A stretch of 64,000 bases of DNA, taken from Bacteroidota bacterium (GTDB lineage Bacteria > Bacteroidota > Bacteroidia > Bacteroidales > JACABE01). This document shows positions 43,902-53,421 of this stretch, piece by piece. Both the position numbers and the translations under genes were made by a program. The stretch's first letter is position 1, and every line of letters begins with the position of its first letter. Below the pieces are notes generated by a model. It searched no databases. It was not told where the DNA came from and was given only the letters and a program-made list of their open reading frames with translations. The stretch lies in contig JBAXNW010000004.1 of the NCBI GenBank assembly GCA_037133555.1, positions 13,176 to 77,175 on the forward strand, given 5' to 3'.

Positions 43902-44627
43902 TTAAGCTTCTACTAAATAATCGGCCATTTTACGAATCTTTGGATTGATTTCGTCGGAGGCTACTTCTCCGTCAATCAAACGAATGATGCGATGGGCATG
44001 ACGGGCAATGTCTTCTTCGTGGGTAACGACTATGATGGTATTTCCTTTTCTGTGGATTTCTTCAAATAATCCCATTATCTCTACCGAAGTTTTTGAATCA
44101 AGATTACCAGTGGGTTCATCGGCCAGTATAATTGAAGGATCATTCACCAATGCCCTGGCAACTGCAACACGTTGACGTTGTCCGCCTGACAATTCGTTGG
44201 GTTTATGGGTCATTCTATCGGCAAGTTTTACATCGGCCAATGTTTTTTTGCCTTTCTCTATACGATCAGCTTTGTTTATACCTGCATAAATCAGCGGCAA
44301 CATCACGTTTTCGAGAGCTGTAGAACGGGGTAAAAGGTTAAAAGTCTGGAAAACAAAACCTATTTCCTTGTTGCGGACTTCAGCCAGCGAATTATCGTCC
44401 TGTTTGCTTACATCTTTTTTATTTAGAATATAAGTGCCCGATGTAGGTGTATCCAGACAACCCAATATATTCATCAATGTTGATTTACCGGAACCCGAGG
44501 GCCCCATCAAGGCAACATATTCGTTTTTATAGATTGTTAAAGAGATGGTTCGTAATGCTTTAACGATTTCAGTACCGACTTTATAATGCTTTGCGATATT
44601 GCTCAAGCTAATAATTTCTTCAGCCAT
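43902..44627 (-). CDS. ABC transporter ATP-binding protein (MacB/LolD-type ATPase, no fused permease)
   Basis: Walker A: GPSGSGKST. Signature: [15 protein letters not shown]. Walker B: [12 protein letters not shown]-loop: VVTHE. Confidence 0.92.
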   Translation of the reverse strand: MAEEIISLSNIAKHYKVGTEIVKALRTISLTIYKNEYVALMGPSGSGKSTLMNILGCLDTPTSGTYILNKKDVSKQDDNSLAEVRNKEIGFVFQTFNLLPRSTALENVMLPLIYAGINKADRIEKGKKTLADVKLADRMTHKPNELSGGQRQRVAVARALVNDPSIILADEPTGNLDSKTSVEIMGLFEEIHRKGNTIIVVTHEEDIARHAHRIIRLIDGEVASDEINPKIRKMADYLVEA

Positions 44628-44686
44628 TTTCTGTGTTTATTTTGAATGACAAAACTACTAAAAATTTTATGATAAAGTTAAATTTT

Positions 44687-44742
44687 GATTGGGCGATTTA
44701 GTGATTTCGTGAATTGGCGATTTTGTGATTTTGTGATTTTGT
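44687..44742 (+). repeat. Octamer array (GATTTAGT/GATTTCGT/GATTTTGT family)
   Basis: ..gcgatttagtgatttcgtgaattggcgattttgtgattttgtgattttgt. Confidence 0.88.
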
Positions 44743-44750
44743 AAAGATTT

Positions 44751-44865
44751 CTTTTGTCATGCTTAACGAAGTGAAGCATCTCATTCATCTCTTTTGTCAT
44801 GCTGAACGAAGTGAAGCATCTCATTTAATATTATGAAATTCCTCGCTGTTGCTCGGAATGACAAT
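44751..44865. repeat. REP/BIME-like cluster: two direct hairpin modules H at 40-bp phase plus one inverted variant
   Basis: Direct copies at 44751..44783 and 44791..44823 (ATGCT/AGCAT stems). Inverted ATTCC/GGAAT variant at 44835..44865. Confidence 0.9.
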
Positions 44866-44939
44866 AAAAAACTATTTAAAAATAGGAATAGAAATGACGC
44901 CTCTTTCCCTCTTTTACAATCAATAAAACGCCTTTTTTA

Positions 44940-45725
44940 CTAAAATAGTATCCTAAAATTTTCTTTTGTGGATGCTTTTCTGAAGAAAACCATACCGATA
45001 AAGAACAAATCAATACTAACCGTTACTTCAGGGGATTGTTTGATGATCTCCCAGGCTTCTTCCATTTCAGCCGACCAATGAATGTCGTCGAAAACAAAAA
45101 CACTGTCGTTGTGCTTATGCTTCAGGCAGCTTTCAAAATAGGAAAGTGTGGGTATTTTTCGGTGATTTCCATCAAAAAAAACAAAATCAAAAGCCTTTGT
45201 ATAAGCTAATAAGAGCGGTAGCTGCACATCAAAATTGCCTGTAATGACCTCAACGTTTGGTAGTTTCAATACTTGAAAATTTTTATTTGCCTGTTTTGCA
45301 ATGGTTTCGCTACCTTCCAGTGTAAATATCTTAGTTTCAGGACATGCTTGAGCCATGTAAGCGGTACTGATTCCCAATGAAGTACCCAATTCAACTAAAT
45401 TTTCTGGCTGAAAATGTTTTACCAGGCGGTACAACAACTGCGCATATTTGGGTGGTTTGGCAGCATTGCGGGTGATTTCAGCAATCGTTCTTATTTTTGT
45501 TTTGTTTTTTAAGCTGCCTGCTCCAAAATCCTCAACATTGATTTCACTTTTATTTTTCAACAGCAATGAACGCAAATCTTCAATTTCTCTGAATTCAGGC
45601 AACGGCTTTTTATCGCTGATTACGTTTGTAAGCAACTGATAAACAAAAGGCGAATGAATATCGTATTTGGTTTGCGCCGAAAAACGGTATTTTATGTATT
45701 TTAGAATTAATTTAAAATTATTCAT
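44940..45725 (-). CDS. Class I SAM-dependent methyltransferase (O-methyltransferase family 3-like)
   Basis: Motif I-like block LVELGTSLGISTAYMA, plus FDFVFFDGNH. Confidence 0.7.
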   Translation of the reverse strand: MNNFKLILKYIKYRFSAQTKYDIHSPFVYQLLTNVISDKKPLPEFREIEDLRSLLLKNKSEINVEDFGAGSLKNKTKIRTIAEITRNAAKPPKYAQLLYRLVKHFQPENLVELGTSLGISTAYMAQACPETKIFTLEGSETIAKQANKNFQVLKLPNVEVITGNFDVQLPLLLAYTKAFDFVFFDGNHRKIPTLSYFESCLKHKHNDSVFVFDDIHWSAEMEEAWEIIKQSPEVTVSIDLFFIGMVFFRKASTKENFRILF

Positions 45726-45747
45726 TTTAATTAATAAAGCTTTATTA

Positions 45748-45778
45748 GAACACGGATGATGCGGATACCTTCGGTAAC
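45748..45778 (+). repeat. GCGGATACCTTCGGTAA-containing repeat, copy 1
   Basis: gaacacggatgatGCGGATACCTTCGGTAAc. Lies downstream of the OmpA-family gene. Confidence 0.75.
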
Positions 45779-45952
45779 AAGAATTATCGCGGATTTGTAG
45801 TTTGCAAATTGTTCATTTAATGCTCACCTCTTATCTAACTGTTGTAAATCTTCGACTAAATCAAAGCATGACAAATGAGAGTATTTTCCATACTACAGTT
45901 TTTAGCACTTCCCGAACTTTATAAACTTTACAAACTTTAAGAACTTTTCAAA

Positions 45953-46987
45953 CTAATTCGACTCCAGTATCTTAAACAAGGCATCCATTTTAGGTGTTAG
46001 GATAATTTCGGTACGGCGGTTTTTTGCACGGGCTTCTTTGGTATCCAGGGCTTCTAAAGGAACATACTGGCTTCTGCCAGAAGCAATAATCCGTTGGGCT
46101 TCAATGCCTTTATTTTCCAGTATAATCTTTACAATAGAAGTGGCTCTCAACACACTCAAATCCCAGTTGTCTTTTACCTGTGCTGCGCCATTGTATGGCA
46201 CATTGTCGGTATGGCCTTCTATCATTACATTGATTTCAGGATTCAATTCCAGGACCTTGGCTACATTCCGCAAGGCAGTTTTGCCATCTTCCGCAACATT
46301 CCAGCTTCCGGAAGCAAAAAGCAATTTTTCGTCCATCGATACATAGACTTTGCCATTGCGGGTATTGATGGTAAGCCCTTTGTCTTTAAATCCCAGCAAG
46401 GCATCGGTAATTTTATTTTTCAGATCATTGACCTGTTTGTCTTTATTATCGAGTATGGCCTGTAGCTCATTCAGTTTCTTTTCTTTTACATCCATCTCAG
46501 CAGATAAAATATCTAAATTTTTCTTTTTATCATTGAGTTGCACTTGCATAAGCTGCATTTCTGCTTCGGTTTTCTTCAGATCATTTTCTTTTTTCAACAA
46601 ATCACTTTGGGTTTTCTGCAAGGCTTCCATAATTTCGGAAGTTTCGGCACGGTTACCACCTAATAATTTATTGTATTTCTGCTGCATAGCAGCATAATCA
46701 GATGATAGTACAGTTTGTTCTGCCTGTAATTTATCGAAATTATTTCTTACTTCATTGGCAGCTCTTTCATTTTCCGATCTTTCTTTCTTCATTTTTTCAA
46801 TTGCTGCATTCAGTTCAGTATTTTGAACAGCTATATCGTTTTTCGATTTATCGATCGTTGTGAGGTCGTCATTGCATTTTTTGTACTTGGTTTCCAGATC
46901 GGCATAACGTTTTTGAGTTACACAAGATGAAACCATTATCAACATGGCTGCAAAAAACAGCAATTTAAAATTAATTAAGTTTTTCAT
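45953..46987 (-). CDS. OmpA-family lipoprotein with a long coiled-coil N-terminal region
   Basis: Lipobox: LIMVSSC. About 170 aa of K/E/Q-rich heptad-like sequence. OmpA_C block: EGHTDNVP, NWDLSVLRATSIV, NRRTEIIL. Confidence 0.88.
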   Translation of the reverse strand: MKNLINFKLLFFAAMLIMVSSCVTQKRYADLETKYKKCNDDLTTIDKSKNDIAVQNTELNAAIEKMKKERSENERAANEVRNNFDKLQAEQTVLSSDYAAMQQKYNKLLGGNRAETSEIMEALQKTQSDLLKKENDLKKTEAEMQLMQVQLNDKKKNLDILSAEMDVKEKKLNELQAILDNKDKQVNDLKNKITDALLGFKDKGLTINTRNGKVYVSMDEKLLFASGSWNVAEDGKTALRNVAKVLELNPEINVMIEGHTDNVPYNGAAQVKDNWDLSVLRATSIVKIILENKGIEAQRIIASGRSQYVPLEALDTKEARAKNRRTEIILTPKMDALFKILESN

Positions 46988-47024
46988 TTTTTTATGGTTT
47001 GTATTTAAAAATTTAATTTTAGCT

Positions 47025-47090
47025 GAACGCTGATGACGCGGATACCTTCGGTAAACGCCTATTATTCAATGTATCTGCGTTATTCGTGTT
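47025..47090 (+). repeat. GCGGATACCTTCGGTAA-containing repeat, copy 2, with imperfect inverted arm
   Basis: gaacgctgatgacGCGGATACCTTCGGTAAac. The arm gtatctgcgttattcgtgtt (47071..47090) is an imperfect reverse complement of aacgctgatgacgcggatac. Confidence 0.75.
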
Positions 47091-47132
47091 TAAATTCTTT
47101 GCTATTTATATATAATAAAATTCAATCTTAAG

Positions 47133-47900
47133 CTAAAAATCAATCTCTAACAATACCGGGCAATGATCTGAATGAACAGCATCGGGTAAAATTACAGAGC
47201 GTTTCATTTTATCTTTCATATTTTCACTTACCATCAGATAATCAATCCGCCAGCCCAGGTTACGGTCTCTTGCTCTGGTTCGGAAACTCCACCAGGTATA
47301 TTGATGAGGTTCTTTGTTAAAAGTTCTGAAAGCATCCACAAAACCATCGTTGATAAAACCGTCTATCCATTCTCTTTCCTCTGGTAAAAAGCCTGAACTT
47401 GTAGCATTGCGGATAGGATCGTGAATATCGATGGCCTGATGACATATATTATAATCGCCTGCTATGATTAAATTGGGTCTTACTTTTCTTAATTCGTTGA
47501 TATATTGATGAAAATCATCCAGCCAGGTCATTTTAAATCCCTGACGTTCGTCGCCACTACTACCCGATGGATGGTACACACTGATAACCGAAATATCCCC
47601 ATAATCGGCACGGATAAACCTGCCCTCGTGGTCATATTTTTGTATATCCATTCCATTCACCACTTTATCGGGTATTGTTTTAGTAAGGATGGCAACGCCA
47701 CTGTAGCCTTTCTTAAATGCTGTTTCATAATAACAACTGTATCCGGCTTCCTGGAATTCGAGCAAAGGCAGTTGATCACCCTGGGCTTTTAGTTCCTGCA
47801 AACAAATGATATCGGGATCTACAATTTTCACCCAATCCAGCCAGCCTTTCGACATAGCAGAACGGATACCATTTACATTATAGGTGATGATTTTTTTCAT
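47133..47900 (-). CDS. xth: Exodeoxyribonuclease III
   Basis: Blocks: ITYNVNGIRSA, CLQELK, AGDYNI, SDHCPV. Start set at MKKIITYN (47900), with CAAATTTA (-7 motif, reverse strand) 18 nt upstream. Confidence 0.9.
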   Translation of the reverse strand: MKKIITYNVNGIRSAMSKGWLDWVKIVDPDIICLQELKAQGDQLPLLEFQEAGYSCYYETAFKKGYSGVAILTKTIPDKVVNGMDIQKYDHEGRFIRADYGDISVISVYHPSGSSGDERQGFKMTWLDDFHQYINELRKVRPNLIIAGDYNICHQAIDIHDPIRNATSSGFLPEEREWIDGFINDGFVDAFRTFNKEPHQYTWWSFRTRARDRNLGWRIDYLMVSENMKDKMKRSVILPDAVHSDHCPVLLEIDF

Positions 47901-47917
47901 ACTTGTATTTATAATAG

Positions 47918-47925
47918 CAAATTTA
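47918..47925 (-). promoter_or_regulatory. -7 promoter motif for xth (reverse strand)
   Basis: The plus strand reads CAAATTTA, the reverse complement of TAAATTTG. It lies 17 nt from start codon 47898..47900. Confidence 0.45.
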
Positions 47926-48113
47926 TACAATGATTTTTTACTTAACGCAAAATGCATGCATTTCTTATGAACAATTTATTGTAAATTAAAAACAGCCAAA
48001 TACACATATTTGTTTCAGGATTTCAGGACATAAATTCTAATGTATTTTTTAAAGAGGAAGAAATTCTAATGAAAATTTTCTTTTTTAAAGCACTGGGAAC
48101 AAAGAAAAAGCAA

Positions 48114-48178
48114 TAGGCGCTTTAGGATCTCCAAGTAATTCGCAATTTTTAAAGGCTAAACACCTATAGCCTACAGCC
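48114..48178. repeat. Small TAGGC-word inverted pair
   Basis: taggcgctttagga (48114) faces aaaggctaaacacctatagcctacagcc (48151..48178). Confidence 0.65.
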
Positions 48179-48203
48179 TTTTCAACTCCATGCACTTCAG
48201 CCC

Positions 48204-48851
48204 CTATTTCCCGTCCGCTTTGTCTTCCAGCAAAGGTACAAATCTGAAGGTCCCATGTTCTTTTTGTTCAATCTGTGTAGCTGAAATTTTGCTCAGACTG
48301 ATCATGGTTTGCACATCTTCTCCAACAGGAACCACCAAAATGCCACCGACTTTTAATTGTTGAATCAGTGCTTCGGGAATAAATGGGGCACCAGCCGTAA
48401 CGATAATTTTGTCGAAAGGAGCAAATGCCGGCAAACCAGCATAACCATCTCCATAGAACATACGTGGATTATACCCTATTGTTGGCAGAAAAGCTTTTGT
48501 TCTTTGATACAAAGCCTTTTGCCGTTCAATCGTAAAGACTTTAGCACCTAACTCAAGCAGCACACAGGCCTGATAGCCTGAACCGGTTCCAACTTCAAGT
48601 ACTTTCTCTCCTTTTTTAATTTTCAATAATTCCGATTGAAATGCTACGGTGTAAGGTTGTGAAATGGTTTGTCCATTACCTATTGGGAAAGCGGTATCCT
48701 GATAGGCAAATTCAGTAAAAGAAGAATCCAGAAAAAAATGACGTGGGATTTTTTCGATAGCCGCCAATACATTTTCATCTTTTATACCTTTTGTTTTAAT
48801 GAGGGCAATAAGATGTTTTCGAAGGCCTTTGTGTTTATATGAATCTATCAT
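48204..48851 (-). CDS. pcm: Protein-L-isoaspartate O-methyltransferase
   Basis: Blocks: GQTISQPYTVA, VLEVGTGSGYQA, DKIIVTAGAP. Confidence 0.92.
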   Translation of the reverse strand: MIDSYKHKGLRKHLIALIKTKGIKDENVLAAIEKIPRHFFLDSSFTEFAYQDTAFPIGNGQTISQPYTVAFQSELLKIKKGEKVLEVGTGSGYQACVLLELGAKVFTIERQKALYQRTKAFLPTIGYNPRMFYGDGYAGLPAFAPFDKIIVTAGAPFIPEALIQQLKVGGILVVPVGEDVQTMISLSKISATQIEQKEHGTFRFVPLLEDKADGK

Positions 48852-48917
48852 TTATGAAATTCTTCAATCTTTATTTATTTTTTTGCGAAAATACTCATTT
48901 CAATGATGATAAAAAAT

Positions 48918-48925
48918 TACTTTTG
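48918..48925 (+). promoter_or_regulatory. -7 promoter motif for the Gfo/Idh/MocA oxidoreductase
   Basis: TACTTTTG, 18 nt upstream of ATG 48944. Confidence 0.5.
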
Positions 48926-48943
48926 CAAAAAAAACAGAAGCGC

Positions 48944-49915
48944 ATGTTAAGAATAGGCATTATGGGTGCTGGTCACCTTGGAAAAATACATATCAAATGT
49001 ATACAACAAATACCTGAATATAAATTTATTGGATTTTTTGATCCAGATCAGGAAAATGCAAAAAAAGTTGCAGCAGAATACAACACACATTCTTTTGCAT
49101 CCATAGAAGAGTTAATTGATGAAGTAGATGTTGTTGATATCGTTACACCTACCTTGTCGCATTTCGATTGTGCTGCCAAGGCATTGAAAAGAGGAAAACA
49201 CGTTTTTATCGAAAAACCCATAGCTGCTTCAGCAGCCGAAGCTCAACAGATGATTGTACTTTCTAACGATGCCAATGTAAAAGTTCAGGTAGGACATGTA
49301 GAAAGGTTTAATCCGGCTTTTACAGCTGCTGTGAATTTTATCGATAATCCGATGTTTATTGAAACACATCGCCTGGCTCAATTCAATCCTCGTGGTACCG
49401 ATGTGCCGGTAATCCTAGATCTGATGATACACGATATTGATATCGTATTGAGTGTTGTGAAATCAAAAGTCAGCAAAATAAGTGCAAGTGGCGTAAAAGT
49501 TGTAAGCGACACACCTGATATTGCCAATGCCCGAATTGAATTTGAAAATGGATGTGTTGCCAACCTCACAGCCAGTCGTATTTCGATGAAAAACATGCGT
49601 AAATCAAGATTTTTCCAACGCGATGCATACATTGCCGTCGATTTTCTGGATAAAACAACCGAAATCGTTCGTATGAAAGAAGTGAATCCTGAGGAAAACG
49701 ATCCGTTTGCCATGATTATCGAATTGGGAGAAAACAAAGGTTCAAAACAAATATTTTTTGAAAAACCTGATATCCAAGCTATCAATGCCATTAAAATGGA
49801 ACTGGAAACATTCTACCACGCCATCGTTAATGACACGACCCCAATTGTTTCAATTATAGATGGATACAATGCTTTAGATGTTGCTTATCAGATTATTGAT
49901 AAATTAAACGACTAA
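48944..49915 (+). CDS. Gfo/Idh/MocA-family NAD(P)-dependent oxidoreductase
   Basis: Rossmann start: MLRIGIMGAGHLGKIH. Also HVFIEKP. Start moved from 48839, which would overlap pcm, to ATG 48944; TACTTTTG lies 18 nt upstream. Confidence 0.85.
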   Translation: MLRIGIMGAGHLGKIHIKCIQQIPEYKFIGFFDPDQENAKKVAAEYNTHSFASIEELIDEVDVVDIVTPTLSHFDCAAKALKRGKHVFIEKPIAASAAEAQQMIVLSNDANVKVQVGHVERFNPAFTAAVNFIDNPMFIETHRLAQFNPRGTDVPVILDLMIHDIDIVLSVVKSKVSKISASGVKVVSDTPDIANARIEFENGCVANLTASRISMKNMRKSRFFQRDAYIAVDFLDKTTEIVRMKEVNPEENDPFAMIIELGENKGSKQIFFEKPDIQAINAIKMELETFYHAIVNDTTPIVSIIDGYNALDVAYQIIDKLND

Positions 49916-50081
49916 TGCACTAAATTGTGATTATTGCAATAACTGCTTTTTGAAAGGCTTAAACTACATTAGCTACTTATCATGATTTTTCTGCCATTTC
50001 AAAAACTAAATGCATCTTAACATAATAATCCGTCAAATTCAGCGTTTCAACCTTATATTTGTTTTCATACATCCTGATATA

Positions 50082-51023
50082 ATGATGCAGAAGTATTCTT
50101 TCGTTTCAGTGTTTAAAAAATCATACATTTTCCTCCTGTGCGCTGTATTGTTGTTTTCTTGCGACAAATTTGATGGGGATCAAACAATACCTGCTTACAT
50201 TCACATCGAAAAAATTTCATTAGACAGAAATCCGAGTTTACTCTATAAAGAAGGAAGTTTATCTAATAAAATTACTGATGCTTGGGTATATATAGACGAT
50301 GAGTTAATCGGAGCTTTTGAACTTCCCGCTACTTTTCCTGTATTAAAAAAGGGCAAACATATTATCATCATTTATCCGGGTATCAAAATGAATGGAATAT
50401 CCGGGACAAGAGTGCAATATGACTTTTATAAGAAAATCAGCATTTCGGATTCTACGCTTAAAGAAGGAAATATTCTTCAAATAGATACCATGGTTACCAG
50501 AACATCCTATAAAGACAACACTGTGTTTTGGATAGAAGATTTTGAAAGTAGCATTTTAAAGTTCCAGAAACGCAACAATAGCGATACAACAATAGTCCAG
50601 ACCCTTGCTCCGGCTAATTTTTTTGATGGTTCTCCTTCAGGAATCGTTACTATCAAATCAAATCAAACTTTCTTTGAAATTGAAACAAAAGTAGACGGTA
50701 ACGGCGATAATTTTATTTTACCTAAAAGCGCTTCACCTGTTTTTTTGGAAATGAACTACAAAACAAACAACAGCGTATATGTTGGATTATTGACTTTTTC
50801 AGCTGCTAATCAAATATTACCAACAGCTCAGGTTTCTACAATTGTCCTCAAACCTAGTACGGAGTGGAAAAAGATTTATATTAATTTCACTCCCGATATC
50901 AGTGATTACTATAATGCCTATAGTTTTAAAGTTTTTATCGGTGGATACAAAGATGAAGGTATACAAACTGCTGAAATTCTGCTGGACAATATCAAACTGG
51001 TTCATTTCCCTTTAATAAAATAA
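50082..51023 (+). CDS. Hypothetical lipoprotein
   Basis: Lipobox: LLCAVLLFSCDK. No recognisable catalytic motif. Ends 9 nt before the sugar transferase gene. Confidence 0.6.
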   Translation: MMQKYSFVSVFKKSYIFLLCAVLLFSCDKFDGDQTIPAYIHIEKISLDRNPSLLYKEGSLSNKITDAWVYIDDELIGAFELPATFPVLKKGKHIIIIYPGIKMNGISGTRVQYDFYKKISISDSTLKEGNILQIDTMVTRTSYKDNTVFWIEDFESSILKFQKRNNSDTTIVQTLAPANFFDGSPSGIVTIKSNQTFFEIETKVDGNGDNFILPKSASPVFLEMNYKTNNSVYVGLLTFSAANQILPTAQVSTIVLKPSTEWKKIYINFTPDISDYYNAYSFKVFIGGYKDEGIQTAEILLDNIKLVHFPLIK

Positions 51024-51032
51024 AAATAAAGA

Positions 51033-52448
51033 ATGAATAAAAAACTCCATGTTGCCAAATATGTGCTTGCTGATATTTTCGCTGCTATGCTGGCATGGGC
51101 ATTGTTTTTTATTTATCGGAAAACAAAAATAGAACCAGATGTTCTTCAAAGATTTGATACAATTATCAATGACATAAACCTTTACAAAGGTGTGTTATTG
51201 ATTCCATTTTTCTGGATGTTGTTGTATTTGATGATGGGTACTTACCGGAAAATTTATCGGAAATCAAGATTAAAAGAACTTGAACAAACATTTTTGATAA
51301 GTTTGATAGGTGTTTTAATCATCTTTTTTGCATTGATTTTAGACGACGTTATTGTAACCTATAAAAATTATTATCAATCCTTTTTGGTTTTATTTTCCCT
51401 GCATTTTTTTATCACTTATACACTCCGATTAATTATTACGTCCATGACTGCCTATAAGATTCATCATAAAATCTTAGGTTTTAACACGGTTATTGTCGGG
51501 AGTTGCGAAAATGCAGTAAAAACTTTTCAGGACATTGAGAATCAGGTTGAATCTTCTGGAAATAAATTTATTGGTTTTGTGGGTGTTAATGGAAACAAAC
51601 AATCGTTGATGAGCAATTATTTACCCTATTTGGGTAACTACAATTCGCTACGAAATATAATCAAAGAACTGGAGATTGAAGAAGTAGTGATTGCAATTGA
51701 AGAATCGGAACATAAACTGATTGGAAACATTATTACTGCCTTAGAAGACAGCGAAGTAGTTATAAAAATAATTCCTGACATTCAGGATATTTTATTGGGA
51801 TCGGTCAGGATGAGTGCAATATTTCAGGCTCCCTTGATCCTCATTTCACCCGACCTGATGCCAGCCTGGCAACAATCCTTAAAAAGAATTTTAGATGTGA
51901 TTTCATCCATATTGATGCTGATACTATTGTCACCTGTATACCTCGCTACGGCATTTATTATCAAATCTTCGTCCAAAGGACCTGTTTTTTATTCGCACGA
52001 ACGGATTGGATTAAAAGGCAAACCTTTTTTGATGTTCAAATTCCGTTCGATGTACTTAAATGCAGAAAGTGGTACGCCTTTATTGTCATGTAAAGACGAT
52101 GCCCGCATCACAAATTTCGGTCGGTTTATGCGCAAAGTAAGATTGGATGAAATACCTCAGTTTTACAATGTACTCAAAGGCAATATGTCATTGGTAGGAC
52201 CTCGTCCCGAAAGACAATTTTTTATCAACGAAATCATGAAAAAAGCACCTCATTACCGTTTGCTACACAAGGTAAAACCAGGGATTACTTCATGGGGTCA
52301 AGTAAAATTCGGCTATGCCGAAAATGTGGATGAAATGATAGAAAGACTGAAATATGATTTGTTGTATATCGAGAATATGTCTTTAGCTACTGATTTGAAA
52401 ATACTTTTATATACTTTCATTATTATTATGCAAGGCAGAGGGAAATAA
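51033..52448 (+). CDS. Polyprenyl-phosphate glycosyl-1-phosphate transferase (WbaP/WcaJ-like initiating sugar transferase)
   Basis: Four to five N-terminal TM segments. C-terminal block: KRILDVISSILMLILLSPV, RIGLKGKPFLMFKFRSM, DEIPQFYNVLKGNMSLVGPRP. Confidence 0.9.
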   Translation: MNKKLHVAKYVLADIFAAMLAWALFFIYRKTKIEPDVLQRFDTIINDINLYKGVLLIPFFWMLLYLMMGTYRKIYRKSRLKELEQTFLISLIGVLIIFFALILDDVIVTYKNYYQSFLVLFSLHFFITYTLRLIITSMTAYKIHHKILGFNTVIVGSCENAVKTFQDIENQVESSGNKFIGFVGVNGNKQSLMSNYLPYLGNYNSLRNIIKELEIEEVVIAIEESEHKLIGNIITALEDSEVVIKIIPDIQDILLGSVRMSAIFQAPLILISPDLMPAWQQSLKRILDVISSILMLILLSPVYLATAFIIKSSSKGPVFYSHERIGLKGKPFLMFKFRSMYLNAESGTPLLSCKDDARITNFGRFMRKVRLDEIPQFYNVLKGNMSLVGPRPERQFFINEIMKKAPHYRLLHKVKPGITSWGQVKFGYAENVDEMIERLKYDLLYIENMSLATDLKILLYTFIIIMQGRGK

Positions 52449-52485
52449 AAAAGCCTTACAAATTTATCAATTCTTTCTTCCCCCA

Positions 52486-52505
52486 CAGCCTAAACGCCTA
52501 AAGCC
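52486..52505 (-). repeat. Solo TAGGCGTTTAGGCTG word (reverse complement)
   Basis: cagcctaaacgcctaaagcc is the reverse complement of ggctttaggcgtttaggctg. Confidence 0.7.
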
Positions 52506-52509
52506 ATTC

Positions 52510-53328
52510 TTAATCACACATTACGTATAAATCATCTCTCTGGTTGAGGCACATTATAGAAATTTTCTCTTTGTTGGTAATTAATGCTAATTCCTTGGGA
52601 CCTTTCAATACATCCAGTATGCCATAAGTCTTGGTAGATAATATGATGACCAATCCGGCATTTTCTTCAGCTGCAGTATTAATAGCAACTTTGTCAATGA
52701 TGGATTGCTTTTCGGCCGTCTTTATAATTTCGTAATTTACTTCAAAGCTTTCAAAAATCTTTTTGATAAATTTTAAATTATTATTCAATTGACGCAACAA
52801 ATATTCGTCTTTAACTGATGCAGCCATTACCTTTAATTCAGCTTCATTAAACCTTCCGAAATAACTAGCCCATAATACTTTCTCTTTGGCTTCTTTGGTC
52901 GAATCAATAGGTAAAATTATTTTTTTATAATAGCTGGCATTGGTGATGGCGCTATTGGTAAAAATATATGGAATCCTGGAATTGTGAAACAGCTTCAACA
53001 ATCGGGAAGGATGATACAGGTTTTTAGAATCAGCGTTGTTGAAACATACGATAGCCAACACAGCGTTGACTTCAGGAACCATTTCGTTGTAGGATTTTGC
53101 ATACTTATCCTTAATTACATAAGTACTTACCTTTGTATTTCTTTCTTTCGCAATGCATTGCAATTTTGAATGCAAACTATCTTCATTCTCATTATTCAGC
53201 ATGAGACAAACCAGAGTTAGCTCTTTCTCCAACACCTCAGCCAATACCATGGCATGATCCATCGCAAGTTTACTTCTCTCGGTAAAATCGGTAAAAACAA
53301 TAATTTGTTGATTTTTTCCTTCGTCCAT
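52510..53328 (-). CDS. Tandem universal-stress-protein-like (USP) domain protein
   Basis: 272 aa. Two alpha/beta halves of about 130 aa with USP-like layout (IIVFTDFTERS.., KIILPIDSTKEAKE..). The match is weak. Confidence 0.55.
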   Translation of the reverse strand: MDEGKNQQIIVFTDFTERSKLAMDHAMVLAEVLEKELTLVCLMLNNENEDSLHSKLQCIAKERNTKVSTYVIKDKYAKSYNEMVPEVNAVLAIVCFNNADSKNLYHPSRLLKLFHNSRIPYIFTNSAITNASYYKKIILPIDSTKEAKEKVLWASYFGRFNEAELKVMAASVKDEYLLRQLNNNLKFIKKIFESFEVNYEIIKTAEKQSIIDKVAINTAAEENAGLVIILSTKTYGILDVLKGPKELALITNKEKISIMCLNQRDDLYVMCD

Positions 53329-53395
53329 CTTTAATAAGTAAATAGTTATTAGGTTATTGCATGTGATGCGTAGTTATTAGTTCGAACAAAATCAT

Positions 53396-53419
53396 CATTC
53401 ATAATTCATAATTCATCAC
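53396..53419. repeat. Heptamer array (TCATAAT x2 + TCATCAC)
   Basis: cattcataattcataattcatcac, between the USP-like gene start and the tsaB stop. Confidence 0.75.
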
Positions 53420-53421
53420 TA

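Noticed and set aside
2521-44865. The hairpin modules read as integron attC sites or as Rho-independent terminators.
   Set aside because: No RYYYAAC/GTTRRRY core pair and no intI gene are present, which argues against attC. The stems are only 5+2 bp and are not followed by T-tracts, so they are not classical intrinsic terminators. A role in 3-prime end stability is still possible.
48839-48943. A 35-codon N-terminal extension of the Gfo/Idh/MocA ORF that overlaps the pcm start.
   Set aside because: The Rossmann fold begins at MLRIGIMGAGHLG (ATG 48944), which has a TACTTTTG motif 18 nt upstream. The extension is AT-rich promoter sequence.
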